The notes beneath the pieces were generated by a model, which worked only from the letters and a program-made list of their open reading frames with translations, made no database searches and had not been told where the DNA came from. Both the position numbers and the translations under genes were made by a program. DNA of 64,000 bases from Eledone cirrhosa. Its lineage: Eukaryota. Where the stretch lies: assembly GCA_964016885.1 (NCBI GenBank), contig OZ024743.1, forward strand, positions 43,772,001 through 43,836,000, in the 5' to 3' direction. Shown here one piece after another: positions 1-14,294 of the stretch (positions within the stretch are counted from its first letter, which is position 1; each line of letters starts with the position of its first letter).

Positions 1-379
1 GTATAGAGAGAGATCGAGAGGGAGGGATTAAGTGAGATTGTGAATTAAAGAGATAGAGGGAGAGAGGGAGAAAGAGGAGATATAAAAGAGGAGAGAGAGG
101 GGGTAAGGGAGTGATCTCACAGAACTATGTTTCTATATTCCAACCATTGATAATGGCATAGGTCGGTAAAAATATATAGTAGTATTTGCCGCTGTCAGAG
201 AATGACGATATCAAATTAGTAAACATTCTCAAGTTCATTGTTCTTTTTATTGAAAGGAACAGAACGAATTTGGGAATAGATATAGAAATATTCAATATTC
301 TCCAAATGTGTTTAACATTTAACGAAGTGTTTAGTAAGTTGAACATTATTATAGTTAAAATAATTTAATAGAAAAAGAA

Positions 380-615
380 AGAAATATATTGAGAGAAAAG
401 AATGAATGTAAGATAAGAAAATATAAAAAACTACAAAACGAAGGCTCTAGTACCACAGACGAATGGGGAGGGTGATGTATTCTGGGCCTAGGGCTCGGTG
501 GTAATGAGGTTGCGCCCCGTGGAAAGGACAGCAAAACCATTCCCGCAAAACAATGACCAGCGACACCTGCTGCAATACCCAACCCAAGTCGTGGGGCTCC
601 TTGTTCTGTCAACAT
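380..615 (-). mobile_element. Second, more decayed CRE-like 3' end plus 3' UTR
   Basis: Minus strand translates EPHDLGWVLQQVSLVIV..GNGFAVL (frameshifted); downstream ccctaggccca...atcaccctccc is shared with the copy at 33.9-34.1 kb. Confidence 0.55.
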
Positions 616-731
616 CTCTAATTATCTATACTGGCAAGGTCTGGTGGATTTGTAGTGAGGAAGGATGAAAGTGACGGGAGATTTAGGGACATAGACAGAG
701 GCAATACATGACAAAATAACAAGTCAGTCCA

Positions 732-1050
732 TCATAATGATGGCCTCCCCACAGACCCGTCAGACAGAACGGAGAAGGCGTTTCCCCAGAGGACGGCAAG
801 GGAGACGCGCTGGAAGATCCATTCCAACTCGCGGGGCTCACACCTGCGGCTGGCCAGCTCAAAACCTATGGTGCATAATAGGGAGGTAGCCCTTGTACCG
901 AGGACACCAAAAGTCTCCACTCCCAAATGTACGACCGCAAACCTGTCGGAGAACGACCTGTATTTGGAGAATTTGGCCTGCTCACCCCAGTCGAAGACTG
1001 CACCAGTTTGCCGCTGGAGAAAGTGTCGGGCAAGTGGCATCCCAGACGAG
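732..1050 (-). mobile_element. CRE-clade non-LTR retrotransposon, 3' fragment (C-terminus of restriction-like endonuclease)
   Basis: ORF reads KFSKY...VETFGVLG...EPRELEWIFQRVSLAVLWGNA, matching the K..KY / ET.G..G / QR.S.A.QRGNA C-terminal signature of CRE elements. Confidence 0.75.
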
Positions 1051-1662
1051 GTGTTATCTATACTGTACTTAATATTCTATATTCTATTAAGACAGAAAAA
1101 ACATGTTAAACCTAATGACAGATTATTTTTAGAATTAAATATTTACGTTTTGTCGAAATACGCGTGCCATCCCTTCCGTGCAGGTGGGGTTAAGGATACA
1201 ATTATTGAGTAACACTAATTGAATTCCTGATGATGTGATCTTAACTTCAAAATTTAGCTATGTTGCTGCACGTACACACATATTCATGATGATTATAATA
1301 TTTCGAAAGCTAGTCATAACATACATTGATGTATAAATGCAATCCACATAATCCAAGCAGATAATCACATTGAAAGGAAATTTCATTTCTTTGAGAAGAT
1401 AAAGCCATGTTTGTTGTATCACTTATGAATGGAAATATTCGTTGTGCACATACCTGACAGTTGATTTGAAACTACATCTTTAACAAGATAAATTTGAATG
1501 ATCGAATATATTGAATAGCTGTGCAGGTATTTGAATATGTGAAGACATATAATACGCATTATCATTGGGTACGTATTTATCACATATAAACACTTTTCTA
1601 TTTGCATAGTTCAGTATTTCTCTGAGTCTTACCATTTTTGTATAAAACATCCCTTTACGCAT

Positions 1663-1720
<58 letters not shown>

Positions 1721-1840
1721 ATAAATTTCAAGATTCTTTGCTTAATCTTTAATCTGTTATTTTAATAAATATATATATATATATATACTTATGCATACGC
1801 ATATATACATAGACAAACACACACACTCATATATATATAT

Positions 1841-2270
1841 AATATCAATAATATTAATAAATGGAAAATATCTTTATAAAACGATATTTATTTTATTATA
1901 CGTATTTCAAGGGTACTAATATTTTAGTACACTTTTGTCAGATAAAATACAATAATTAGTGTAAAGATGGTGACATATCTTCATGTTATAATTTCATTGA
2001 ACATAGATTGACTATCTACAATAAACTTATAACATGAAGTTCACATGAAGTTATGTCACTATCTTTACACCAATTATTGTATTTCATCTGACGAAAGCGT
2101 ACTAAAATATTAGTACCCTCGAAATACATATAATAAAATACATATGGTTTTATAAAGATAATTTCCATTTATTAATATTATTGATATTAATGATACTCCG
2201 GAAAAAGTTGAGTACTTCTAATCTGTTGTAAATTAATTTTGTTGAATAATCAACAAACAAAATAACTCAT
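1841..2270. mobile_element. Inverted-repeat mini-element (family A) in (TA)n, HHR in each arm
   Basis: Imperfect arms ~1841-1990 and ~2042-2188; flanked by (TA)n on both sides. Confidence 0.8.
2082..2138 (+). ncRNA. Type I hammerhead ribozyme (family A)
   Basis: tttcat-CTGACGA-aagcGTACTA aaatat TAGTACcctc-GAAA-tacata-TA|ataaaa; the mirror copy at 1891-1947 (-) has perfect stem I and palindromic stem III ATACGTAT but core CTGACAA. Confidence 0.7.
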
Positions 2271-2271
2271 T

Positions 2272-2316
<45 letters not shown>

Positions 2317-2321
<5 letters not shown>

Positions 2322-2536
2322 TAAAATAACAGATTAAAGTTTAAGCAAAGAATCGGTGCATTCACCCTTTACGGAATCTTCTGAAACTCCCGTTAGAGTG
2401 AAAGCAGCGATTCTTTGCTTAAACTTTAATCTGTTATTTTAATAAAAATTTGGTCTACAGTTCTTATAGATTTGATATATATTTATCCTTATCGAGCCCT
2501 CTTTGGATTTTAGTCTTCAAATTTATTATTATTACT
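2317..2536. mobile_element. Inverted-repeat mini-element (family B) with decayed HHR; other copies at 1732-1768, 25140-25262, 58305-58411, 61580-61778
   Basis: Shared gattctttgcttaaactttaatctgttattttaa; the 25195-25243 copy reads agttt-CTGAAGA-tccgtaatgggc-GAAA-gcag..ttgt-T|aaact, other copies have CAGAAGA. Confidence 0.7.
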
Positions 2537-2548
2537 ATATATATATAG

Positions 2549-2708
<160 letters not shown>

Positions 2709-2738
2709 ATATATATATACATATATATATGTATATAC

Positions 2739-2788
<50 letters not shown>

Positions 2789-3335
2789 AGAGAGAGAGAG
2801 AGGGAGGGAGAGAGAGAGAGTGAGACATATAAGAGGAGGAGGGGGAGAGAGAGATATTTAATTACAGTTATTTAATCATATTTTCAATAAAAGGCTAAAA
2901 CTCTATTATGTAGACCATAATTTATACAAATTATATTTAGGTGTATATTAACAGTGAAATTACCATGAGTTGTTAAACCGTCCAGACAGTAGAATTCTCG
3001 CAGTAAAAATGACGTGCTTATATTATAAAATATATAATCGAAGAGCTTTTGACATTGGAAACTTTACAATCTGACTTAAAACGCCAGAGGTTAATAGGGA
3101 AGCCAGACGTAGTTCACCAAATCCTCTATAACCAACTCAATCTAGATTAATTTAAACCATTACAGGGGTAACAATAATAAAATGTAGATTAAAATAAAAT
3201 TATTTCAGTCATCTTGTACTATAGAAAATATATTATGTACATCTTCATTTATCGCAAGCAAAAGTACATTTTAAAAGGAAAATATAATTTTACCATCCAA
3301 CATTTGTTAACTCCGCGTGGCTTGGTTTGACAAAG

Positions 3336-3714
<379 letters not shown>

Positions 3715-5154
3715 GAAGCTAAATTTTAATCAATTGACTTTTAGTTAACTTTATTTTATATATATATATATATTCTTTTCGTTCGTCCTCTTCTTCGTAT
3801 TTTTGTCGTATCCCTTGACATCGCAACGCAGCACTCTAATTGTTGATCCGTAGGAAGTATATTGTTCTCAGTTGCATGACGTACAGCAATTAAGTATATA
3901 AAGAACTATGTATTGAACCATCCGCTGAACAGTAACTTACATACTTAAGGTGCACTTTGTGGTATGATATAAGCCTACTTCTGATAACATGCCAACAAAT
4001 GTAATCTTTGAAAATAAACTCAAAGAAAACGTATTTACTAACACATGTAACCTCACACACACAAATATATACATACACACATACAGAAGAACACAGAGAC
4101 TTAGACAAAGAACAGGCATACACATACATACACACGTATATATATATCTGTGTGTGTATATATACATATACACACACACACAAATATATATATATATATA
4201 TACTCATAACTAATCGTTCAGAGAAATTCAATGGTTCCGATGTTCCGTCTGCACAATAGAAACCTGTATCGTTTCATGGCTATAGTAAATGATATCTGCC
4301 CACAAATCCACGTCGTGGGATCGAATCGTGTAAAGGACGAATAAGAGAGTACTACCCAGATTTGTTGAATTCCAGGTCTTCATTCTAGAACTCAAGGTTA
4401 CATCCACCACAAAAACGCTGTATATGAGTGAGAAAAAGATATCACACAGTTCTAAGAGTGTGTGATATATGTTTTACTATATATCAACATCTACGTCAAC
4501 TTAATATACGTGTGTCTCTTTGATTGCGATATGTGTACATGTTGTTACGCATATATAGTTACGCATTTATATACATGTAAAAATGTATGTCTGTGCACAA
4601 AAATGAATGTTTATTTTTAATGTAAGCAGAAAGAAATGTATATTTGCGTACATGAGGTGATATACATATAATTATGCATAAATGAAACAGTATATGTATA
4701 CTCTCTCTCCATCATTCTATATATCAATGTATCTCTTTATGTCTAACTCTCTCTCTACCTATATACCTATCTCTATATTCACTCTATCTCTCTCCTTCTG
4801 AAGATGTTGTATACTTACTTTCTGAAAATAGTAATATGTATATCTATAAATGTCAGTAAACTCGCTAAACACACAAGCCAGTTGATATATAAATGCATAT
4901 ATAGATTCAATGCTGTATGCGGATGATGTATAGTGGATATATAGTTGTAATCGGATGTTAAGATACACTGCCAATTAATGAATTGGTACAACTAATGAGT
5001 TAGGAGAAATAAATGATGAATGATATTTAATTAATTTCTCTCGACATTGGACTTCGAACAGTAAGCATGCAGAATTCATTAAGAATGCCTTGAAGAGATG
5101 GCAAAGGAAACGCAATCACATAATGTAGCCTTTATATACATTCTAATCCATGTG

Positions 5155-5216
<62 letters not shown>

Positions 5217-5432
5217 CGTTTCTGAATTTGTTTAGCAAGATTCTTTATCTGAAATCGTGTGTTGAAACCGATATTGTTATACTTTGGGAGGGTCATGTTG
5301 CCAATAAGAAACACACGCACCAGTTGCTTTCACTTCAATTTATTATAATAAATTTATAAATTTAGGAATTTATAAATTTATAAATTTCTGGTTGGTTGGT
5401 TGGTTCCACAACCAGATAGTTGTTTATATATT

Positions 5433-5475
5433 GTCAGAGTTCTTTCGTCACACATCATGTGACCTCATCAGTGAC
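5433..5475 (-). ncRNA. Minimal type I HHR in PLE1 inverted pLTR
   Basis: gtca-CTGATGA-g-GTCACA tgatg TGTGAC-GAAA-gaac-TC|tgac. Confidence 0.75.
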
Positions 5476-5999
5476 TGGGGATTCTTTTCTTTGTTTTTGT
5501 GCCTCTCCTTTGTTCTGTCCTACGCCATTTTGTTTATGTGTGTGTGTTGTGTGCTCAGTCTTCGCATGCGCCACATCCGGGTGTCTGTGTGTGTTTATAT
5601 TTGTTTATTTATTTGTTTATTTACATGTTACCGGTTGGTTGTTTCTTCTATGTGTGTGTGTGTTTTCATTTTGTCCTTAATTGTAAGTTGTGATGTTGCT
5701 GTTCCACTCATATTTTCTATTTAATTTTGGTTGTAATTCTTTTATGTTTATTGCCTCTATGATTTGTCTAAACATTGCGTCTTTTCTGTGTGTAGATTCT
5801 ATTTTTATTTCTATGTCCTCTAATTTACCCTTATGTTCTATTTTAGCATGTTGGTAGAGTACAGATGATTCTTTACTATCTTGAAGGTCTCGCCAGTGTT
5901 CATTTATCCGTTCCCCTACACTACGGGCTGTCTCACCTATGTACACTATATTTTTGTCTCTACATTGTCCTTCAGTACATTTTATGCTATACACTACAT

Positions 6000-7972
6000 A
6001 TGGTGATGTGGACGAATATAATGCAGTCCAACAAAAAGACTGCCAACAACTTCCAGGCCTGGAACAATGACGTGCCGGCGTTGTATGGGCTTCGAAAAGA
6101 CCATAAAACGGGCAATGACCCTGTCACGGGACCACCAGCACGGCCAGTCTCTGGGGCTAACATTGCTAGTAACTACAGACTGTCCTATTTCCTCTTCCTG
6201 ATCATACACCCCATCATTGAAATGTCCCCAGATGTATGTGACAGCACGGAGGACCTCCTCAGCAGAATCGGCGAGAGTAACCGATCTAGGGACCTAAAAA
6301 ACTGCATAATAGGTAGTATGGATGTTGTGTCCCTGTATCCATCTATTGACGTGGATTTTGCTGTGGAGAAATGCGTAGAAATGATCAGCGAGAGCAATGT
6401 TGAGTTCCGTGGGATTGATACCAGTGAGCTGGGACTCCTACTTAAACTTACCTATAGTAATAATTACCTAGACACATATGCCCTTAGCAACCTGTGCCCT
6501 ACAAGACCAGCAAGAGGCAGACCACCTACCATTACCTCAATGGCCAAGAAAACCCACACAGATAGATGGAACGGGTGGACAAGAGCCATACGGACACCCG
6601 AAAACCACGATGAACTGAAGAAAATGATTGCACATGCGGTAGGGGCCAGCATAAAACTAACCCTTAAGGAACATATGTTCAAATTTAATGGAAAAACATA
6701 TGCCCAAGAGGAAGGAGCAGCCATTGGTGTTAGCATTGCAGGCGACATAGCTAACTTATTCATGGTATGGTGGGACAGTAGACTTAAACTTAAACTTAAA
6801 GAACAATTAGAAGACCCCTTAACCCTGATAATGTACTCCCGCTACGATGATGATATAAACATCGTAGTTAAGACCCCCCACTAGAGAACAGTCAGGAACT
6901 AGAGAAAAATACAATGGAAAGCATCCAGCAAATAGCTAACTCCATCCACCAGAGTATTAGAGTTACTATAGACTACCAAAGCAGACACCCCAGCCATCGA
7001 TTACCTGTACTACACACAGAGCTCTGGTTAGATACCATTAATAACAAACAAACAAATGCTCCATTCCCATTATACCAAACCCATGACTTCCAAACATCTG
7101 ATCCACCAAAACTCGGCTGTTGCGGACCATACCAAAATCAAAATACTGATTGCGGATTTGGTACGGGTGATGAGAAACGTGTCCCGCATGTGCAACCCCG
7201 AAGAACTAGAGAGACACATACAACACTTCATCCAGCGTATGCAGTTCTCTGGTTACAATCAAAGAGATCAAATCAGAGTGTATAGAGGAGCCAGAACCAA
7301 ATGGAAAAAAATGGTAAATAATGACACAAATGGGATCTGCCCCTTGTATAGGAGCAAATTTTGGAATAGTATAGAAAGAACTAGGAATAAGGCTAATAGA
7401 ATACACTCATGGTATGACAGCAATAAATACCAGAGTGTAATGTTCATCGATACAACCCCTAGAGGTGAATTAGCTTACACATTTAGAAGGGCCCTAGATA
7501 AACATAAACTCAATATTAAGATAGTAGAAAGACCAGGTACCTCCGTAAAAACACTTATTAGCAAGACATACCCTTTTCAAATACCCCCTGTATAGATAAG
7601 ATATGTATAACCTGTAAAATAAGCCCCCATATTAACTGTAAAACTAGAAATGTAGTGTATAGCATAAGATGTACTGAAGGACAATGTAGACACAAAAATA
7701 TAGTGTACATAGGTGAGACAGCCCGTAGTGTAGGGGAACGGATAAATGAACACTGGCGAGACCTTCAAGATAGTAAAGAATCATCTGTACTCTACCAACA
7801 TGCTAAAATAGAACATAAGGGTAAATTAGAGAACATAGAAATAAAAATAGAATCTACACACAAAAAGGACACAATGTTTAGACAAATCACAGAGGCAATA
7901 AACATAAAAGAATTACAACCAAAATTAAATAGAAAATATGAGTCTAACAGCAACATCACAACTTACAATTAA
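6000..7972 (+). pseudogene. PLE reverse transcriptase + GIY-YIG endonuclease (stop codon and frameshifts)
   Basis: LYGLRKDHK..RPV, SMDVVSLYPSI, QEEGAAIG, RYDDD (YVDD equivalent), then VYSIRC...YIGETARSVGERINEH...EAINIKELQPKLN. Confidence 0.92.
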
Positions 7973-8173
7973 GGACAAAATGAAAACACACACACACATA
8001 GAACAAACAACCAACCGGTAACATGTAAATAAACAAATAAATAAATAAATATAAACACACACATACACCCGGATGTGGCTCATGCGCAGACTGAGCACAC
8101 AACACACACACAGAAACAAAATGGCGTAGGACAGAACAAAGGAGAGGCACAAAAACAAAGAAAAGAATCCCCA

Positions 8174-8216
8174 GTCACTGATGAGATCACAGAATGTGTG
8201 ACGAAAGAAATTTGAC
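8174..8216 (+). ncRNA. Minimal type I HHR in PLE1 3' pLTR (stem III mutated)
   Basis: gtca-CTGATGA-gatcaca gaatg tgtgac-GAAA-gaaa-TT|tgac. Confidence 0.65.
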
Positions 8217-8397
8217 AATATATAAACAACTATCTGGTTGTGGAACCAACCAACCACCAATTTATAAATTTATAAATTCCTAAATTTATAAATTTATTAT
8301 AATAAATTGAAGTGAAAGCATCTGGTGCGTGTGTTTCTTATTGGCAACATGACCCTCCCAAAGTATAACAATATATATGTATATATATATATATATA

Positions 8398-8630
8398 TTT
8401 AATGTATAATAAACAACACGGTATAATTACATTACATCATTACCCATAGTTATGTTATATTGCTTCATCTGATGAACGAATGCGGACGTCTCTTGCGTTC
8501 GTCCTGTTCGGGAATCTTCGGGTAATGAGGTAATTATACTGTGTTGTTTATTATACATTAAACATTTACCTCTGTTACTTACATAGAGCACTTTTCATTC
8601 CTTTTTCTTTTTCCACGCAAATTTCAACAC
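8398..8630. mobile_element. Inverted-repeat mini-element with the 5' half of an HHR
   Basis: Arms ~8398-8445 and ~8520-8562; CTGATGA at 8469 is followed by hairpin acgaatgc..gcgttcgt but no GAAA. Confidence 0.55.
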
Positions 8631-8723
8631 TTATCATTTTCCTTGTACTCTTTCGAAGGACTTATTACTTTTGTTTAGTTTTGCATATATATATATATAT
8701 ATATATATATGCAAAGCTAAACA

Positions 8724-8771
<48 letters not shown>

Positions 8772-9299
8772 GTGTGTGTGTGTGTGCGTGTTTGTGTGTG
8801 TGTGTGTATGGTGGAGGGTGTATGTGTGTGTCTGTTTGACCATGTGAGAATATTTTTGTATATTTCTGTTAAGTTTAATGCAAAAATATTTCCTTTGAAT
8901 GTACATCAAAATACATTAGTTATATATAAGTTTAAGTAATCTCTTCTCATTCCCATGAATGAGTAAAAGATGTTCTCAGCTGAACCTCTATACGTTATTT
9001 CACTCAAAGTTGAAGGGCTACTATTTGCGAATATGGAAATGTGCACAATGAACATACAACAATAAAATATATAGATACGATTATGTTCCCAATATTTATA
9101 TATCAATGTGGATTGAATAAATATGAAATTTCCACAACGAATCTGTTTGCTTTTCAGCTTAATGACTTTTAATTCACAATTAAATCCAAATAATTAATAA
9201 GAGGTTTTGCTGCAAACACTAAAGTCCCCTAAACATAAATTCACGATCTTCTTTACGCAGATCACTGACTTCCAATCTCACAGATCGACAAAACCTCAT

Positions 9300-10290
9300 A
9301 GTAGTGCATACGTTACCATATGTGATAAATACAATTAGGATGCTTTGCATATAAGATGATTAAGTATCCTCCCATATCAAAAAGGACAACTGGTTCTTTA
9401 GGAAGATTTAGGGTACGTTGTTGGAGAATGAACTGATTAAAATAGATGTAAAAATACAGTTTGTGTTCTGTTTATTCTCTCATATTCACGGGGAAGTTTG
9501 CATGTGTATCGCAGGCACATTAAAATCCTCGAAAGATTTCACCAGCGTTCCGTTCGTGATATTGTGCAGACACTGAAATATTACAAAATTCAGGTCCAGT
9601 CAGCATTAAACTCACATCCACAAGCACCAACTCCGATGGGTAGATCATGTTATTAGATCTGATGACAGCAGAATCCCGAAGCAAGTTATTTATGGCGAGT
9701 TGATACTTAGTAAAAAATAAGAACACGAACCAAAACCGCATTTCAAGGATTGTGTGAAAGATTCTTGAACACAGTTCAAAATTAACTCATCTCACTGGGA
9801 GGTAATCGCACTAGCTAGAAATATGTAGCAAACTGCTATATCCAATGGTCTAAGACTTTTTTATGAGTGTTGTTCGGCAGAATGGGCCATATTTAAACGT
9901 GCTGCTGAGAAAGACGAACGCATGGATACATCTTTGCCTCAGTTTGTATGAAATGTATGTGCCTGAATATGCCTGTCAAAATCTGGCTTTATAAATCACC
10001 TACGTAAGCCCGCAGGGAAGCCACAGGTCATAATACCAATTCCTTGCTGCAGGTTCGACGTGTAGCCCACATGGCAGATATATTTCGAATAAATCAGGAC
10101 TTACAATGCATTCAAATACGCACAATTATGATCCGGATCAAATTGAAGAGCCGATTGATACAAGTAGTGATTGCTAATGTATTTTATATAACAAAACACG
10201 AAAGTACTCAGCAGGTCTTTAATGCCACTGCAGGGCTCAAAACCACCAAGAGATGTATTATTTGTAGACTTAATGGCCTTATTAGTTGAC
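9300..10290 (+). mobile_element. RTE-clade LINE 3' fragment (decayed)
   Basis: Frame reads HQLRWVDHVIRSDDSRIPKQVIYGEL...PHFKDCVKDS..WEVIALAR, then a C2H2-like C..ICLSKSGFINHLR. Confidence 0.8.
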
Positions 10291-10301
10291 GTCCATTATA
10301 T

Positions 10302-10336
<35 letters not shown>

Positions 10337-10371
10337 CATACATATATATATTTATACATGCATATATATAT

Positions 10372-10497
<126 letters not shown>

Positions 10498-13400
10498 CAT
10501 ACATATATATACATGTGTGTGCTTTTGTGTGTGTATATATATATATATATACAAGTAGATTTAATGTTGCAATAAATACGAATGCATTCCATATTCGCAC
10601 CCTTATCAAGAAATATACAGATATAGACACGCCCTCGGGCATAGCTAACTATACATCTGTATCAGTAATCAGAGCAAAATATACGATGCATTGGTAAATT
10701 AAAATTTTCTTTCTCCCATGTAAAGGAAATTAAAAATTGGAATCAATTTCTTGAATTATTCATGTCTGATTAATTTTCTCTGAATTACCCACCTGATTAT
10801 AAATATGAAATGATACTGACAACTAGAATGGAATGCTTAAACTCAGACACACACACACCACACACACACACGCACACACATACAGACAAACACACACATA
10901 TACATATGTATATGTAGAGAGAGAAAGTGACACGCCGACAGAGAGAGATAGAGAGAAGGGTTGGAAGATAGATAGATAGATAGATATAGATATAATAAAT
11001 ATATATATATATATATATATGCGTCTGTCTTTGTATGTGTGTGTGCGTGTGTGTTCTACCAGGTTCCGCCCTGATCGCTATGTAATTCGAAGTACCGTGC
11101 GGAAAATATCACATCGTCGTTACTAGCATCGCCGTTACTAGCATGTAAAATCCCAAAAGGCGTAGGCGCCATGCAAAGGATATTCTACAATAGCCTAGCT
11201 TACATCTCGTAATAACATTTCTATTCAGCCTTAAATGATTCTGCTTCATATAACATTATCCTGAAACATTAAAATTGAGGAGAAGACTCCGTTATACTCA
11301 CAGATTACCTGTAGAAATATTATTCAGAATACATGCTTAAAGTACCGATTCCGGATTGTTTCTAGTGAACAACACATACTTTTAAAATGGAATACATCGT
11401 ATTAAAATATGACTTGTACATCAACAATCATGGAGTGTTTTAAGATAACATTTCCCATGTTAATATTCACCAAAACTAATTAAAATATTTATTATGCCAA
11501 ATAAACAAAAGCAAACAAAGCACATGAATGCACAATCACATATATATATATATTCCGTGGAACGGAATCCATACTCCTGAGATTTTGGTAGAAAATGTAT
11601 TTCACATATCATTAATTTTTACCACTTTTAGTATATATACTTGTTTGACGGATTCATAGAAATTCACAAGAAAATGTGTAAATACATACGTGTGTACATA
11701 CTGAAACTGTTTGATATATAGATACATACATATATATTGATATATTTAGGCGTATGTGGATTATATATATTCATACACCCGCACACGCACACACACACAC
11801 GCATACACACACAGAAGCTCACTCTCGCACACACACACACACACACATACACACGCATATACACACCCTGACATACAGGGTGTCCGAAAAAATGCATACA
11901 CATATTTATTTAAATGATGTGTTCATAAATTTATATATTTTTGCGACAGCCCATATATATATTTACGTGCATGCATGCTTATAAGGCAAATCTATTTTCT
12001 GGTAATAGGGTAGAATTGTATGTAATTCATGTCAAGGTAGTATTTTACCTGCTACTGGTAACATGTAACCTAGTACAACCTGCTTCTTGTTTGTGTGGTC
12101 AGTGACTAATGTGACTCCCCAAACGGCCTTCGTTTGATGAGTATGTGGAACCCTAGCAACACAACTTACAAGAGCTGTTATATGAGCGGGTGAACTCCTC
12201 AGAATCATCGGGCTTCCAGCTGCATCTATGGGTTAAAGAACTTCACCAAACTGTAATTTACTAAACATAATCAGTAAGGCTACACCCTGACATGATCAAA
12301 ACCAAACAAAAACCGGTGGAAGAATTCCTGCAGCAAGTGTGAGAAGGTCTTTGATTAGACTGAATTGGAATGGTCATTTTCGTAATGTTGATGCATATTA
12401 TGTCAGAAGTGTGGATTTTCATTATTTGAGTTTCCTGCAATAACCGTTCATTAATGGTTTCGTATGTTTATTTTGTGGGGTAATATTTCGTGAAATATTT
12501 TTAATGTTAATAAGGGAGATTGCATTAATAGGGGCATTATCTTGGTTTATATGCATCAGACATTTTGCTCATGCCTGACATTAGCTGCGACAGTGAACAT
12601 CTGCTGATATTAATTAAGATTGGACATGCACGAATCATGTCTGCTGATAGTTGTTGTCTAGGCATTACTTTAGCTACTCGTCTCAGTAGGAATGTTACTC
12701 TTTCAAGTGTTAATATACTTGTATTGGAGCATGAAATATTTGGAAAGCAAGTGAGTTCGTAATTAAGCTGTCCATGTAGATAAATATATTAGTTTGATGA
12801 AAGAGCTACCCCTGGCATTTAAACATCCTTTCTATTACATTCTTCCTATTTCAACGTTTCTATTTCCTTATTTCGTTTAATGCTGTCACGCTATATAACA
12901 TGCAAATCTGTCAAAAATATTCGTTGTCATTTAGAGCATTTTATATCACAGCTGCAAATATCCCTTTCAATATTACGAATGAGCATTGCAACAAATTACC
13001 TATTGGTTATATATAGATAAATCAACTAATATGTGACTGTGTACATCGTATTCTATCTTAAAATGTTGAAGGCCGAATCAAATTAACGGTTATATATGGA
13101 TTAAATATATGAATATTTTTACAATGGTCTTCCGTGAAATGTTCGTAAACATCATTAACACCGCAGTGACTGCTTGACGTAAAACATAATTCACGATACA
13201 TGTCGAATATAATATACCAGTGGTTAAACTCCCACTTAGAAAAGCGTTTACATACATTTCCATAAGTGAGGTACGGGATATAGAAACCCACACAATAAGA
13301 TAAAACATTATTCGACAACAGAGTTTCACATACATATTGAAAGTATTATAGCTACATTAGGATAAAGAATGTTCCAGATACTTCCTTTAATCAATTTCAG

Positions 13401-13611
13401 CAATGTAGCCTAAACTCCGTGAAGTCCAATGAGCAGCTTTTTTTGCACATAATTACAAACATTACTGACAAAATTTAAAAATAATCAGACTACATATACG
13501 TTTGTAATACGTTGGTGATAACCTTAGAAATTCACAACGGAAAGATGTCAGGTATTGTTCATAAACATCTTGTATATCATGCGACATACACCACGTATAT
13601 ATATATATATT

Positions 13612-13643
<32 letters not shown>

Positions 13644-13792
13644 AATATATATATATATGTAGATAAATCTACCAAGAGTTTACGGTAGTGTCCAATCCGT
13701 ATGAAGAACTCAATGTAGTCCGGATATCATGGAAAGAAGAGATGCAATGAAAAATCACTTTCGGTGAAAGATAAACGGAATACAGAGTCAAG

Positions 13793-14218
13793 ATAAAATA
13801 TTAAAAAAATAATGAATAAAACAATGAAACAGTTCCTTATATTAAACAAAAAAAGTTCATTATTTAACGATCGTTTCTAGGATATATATGTGTTAGAATT
13901 GGCATGCATATTCAACAGATCTATGTACAAAATTATACAAAATTATACAAACTATCAAGATTAAATATACATACCAAACACACATATATGCCGTCTTCAG
14001 AAATAATTTATTTCTGAAGACGGCATATATGTGTGTTTGGTATGTATATTTAATCTTGATAGTTTGTATAATTTTGTATAATTTTGTACATAGATCTGTT
14101 GAATATGCATGCCAATTCTAACACATATATATCCTAGAAACGATCGTTAAATAATGAACTTTTTTTGTTTAATATAAGGAACTGTTTCATTGTTTTATTC
14201 ATTATTTTTTTAATATTT

Positions 14219-14221
<3 letters not shown>
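13793..14221. repeat. Perfect palindrome (~214-bp arms, centre 14007), part of a mini-element 13660-14221 in (TA)n
   Basis: Arms are reverse complements around cagaaataa-t-ttatttctg. Confidence 0.92.
14008..14154 (+). ncRNA. Type I HHR with long stem II (mirror copy 13860-14006 on -)
   Basis: ttattt-CTGAAGA(14014)-~116 nt self-complementary stem II-GAAA(14137)-cgatcg-TT|aaataa; 6-bp stem I and palindromic stem III ACGATCGT. Confidence 0.7.

Positions 14222-14290
<69 letters not shown>

Positions 14291-14294
<4 letters not shown>

Larger units (their letters stand above)
5218..8374 (+). mobile_element. Penelope-like element 1, 5'-truncated with inverted 3' pseudo-LTR (5218-~5995), inserted in (TA)n
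   Basis: RT and GIY-YIG ORFs on +; ~700 bp of the 3' end is duplicated in inverted orientation at the 5' side. Confidence 0.92.

Noticed and set aside
11873-12480. Tc1-like remnant beginning tacagggtgtcc
   Set aside because: No matching right TIR found and only vague peptide similarity
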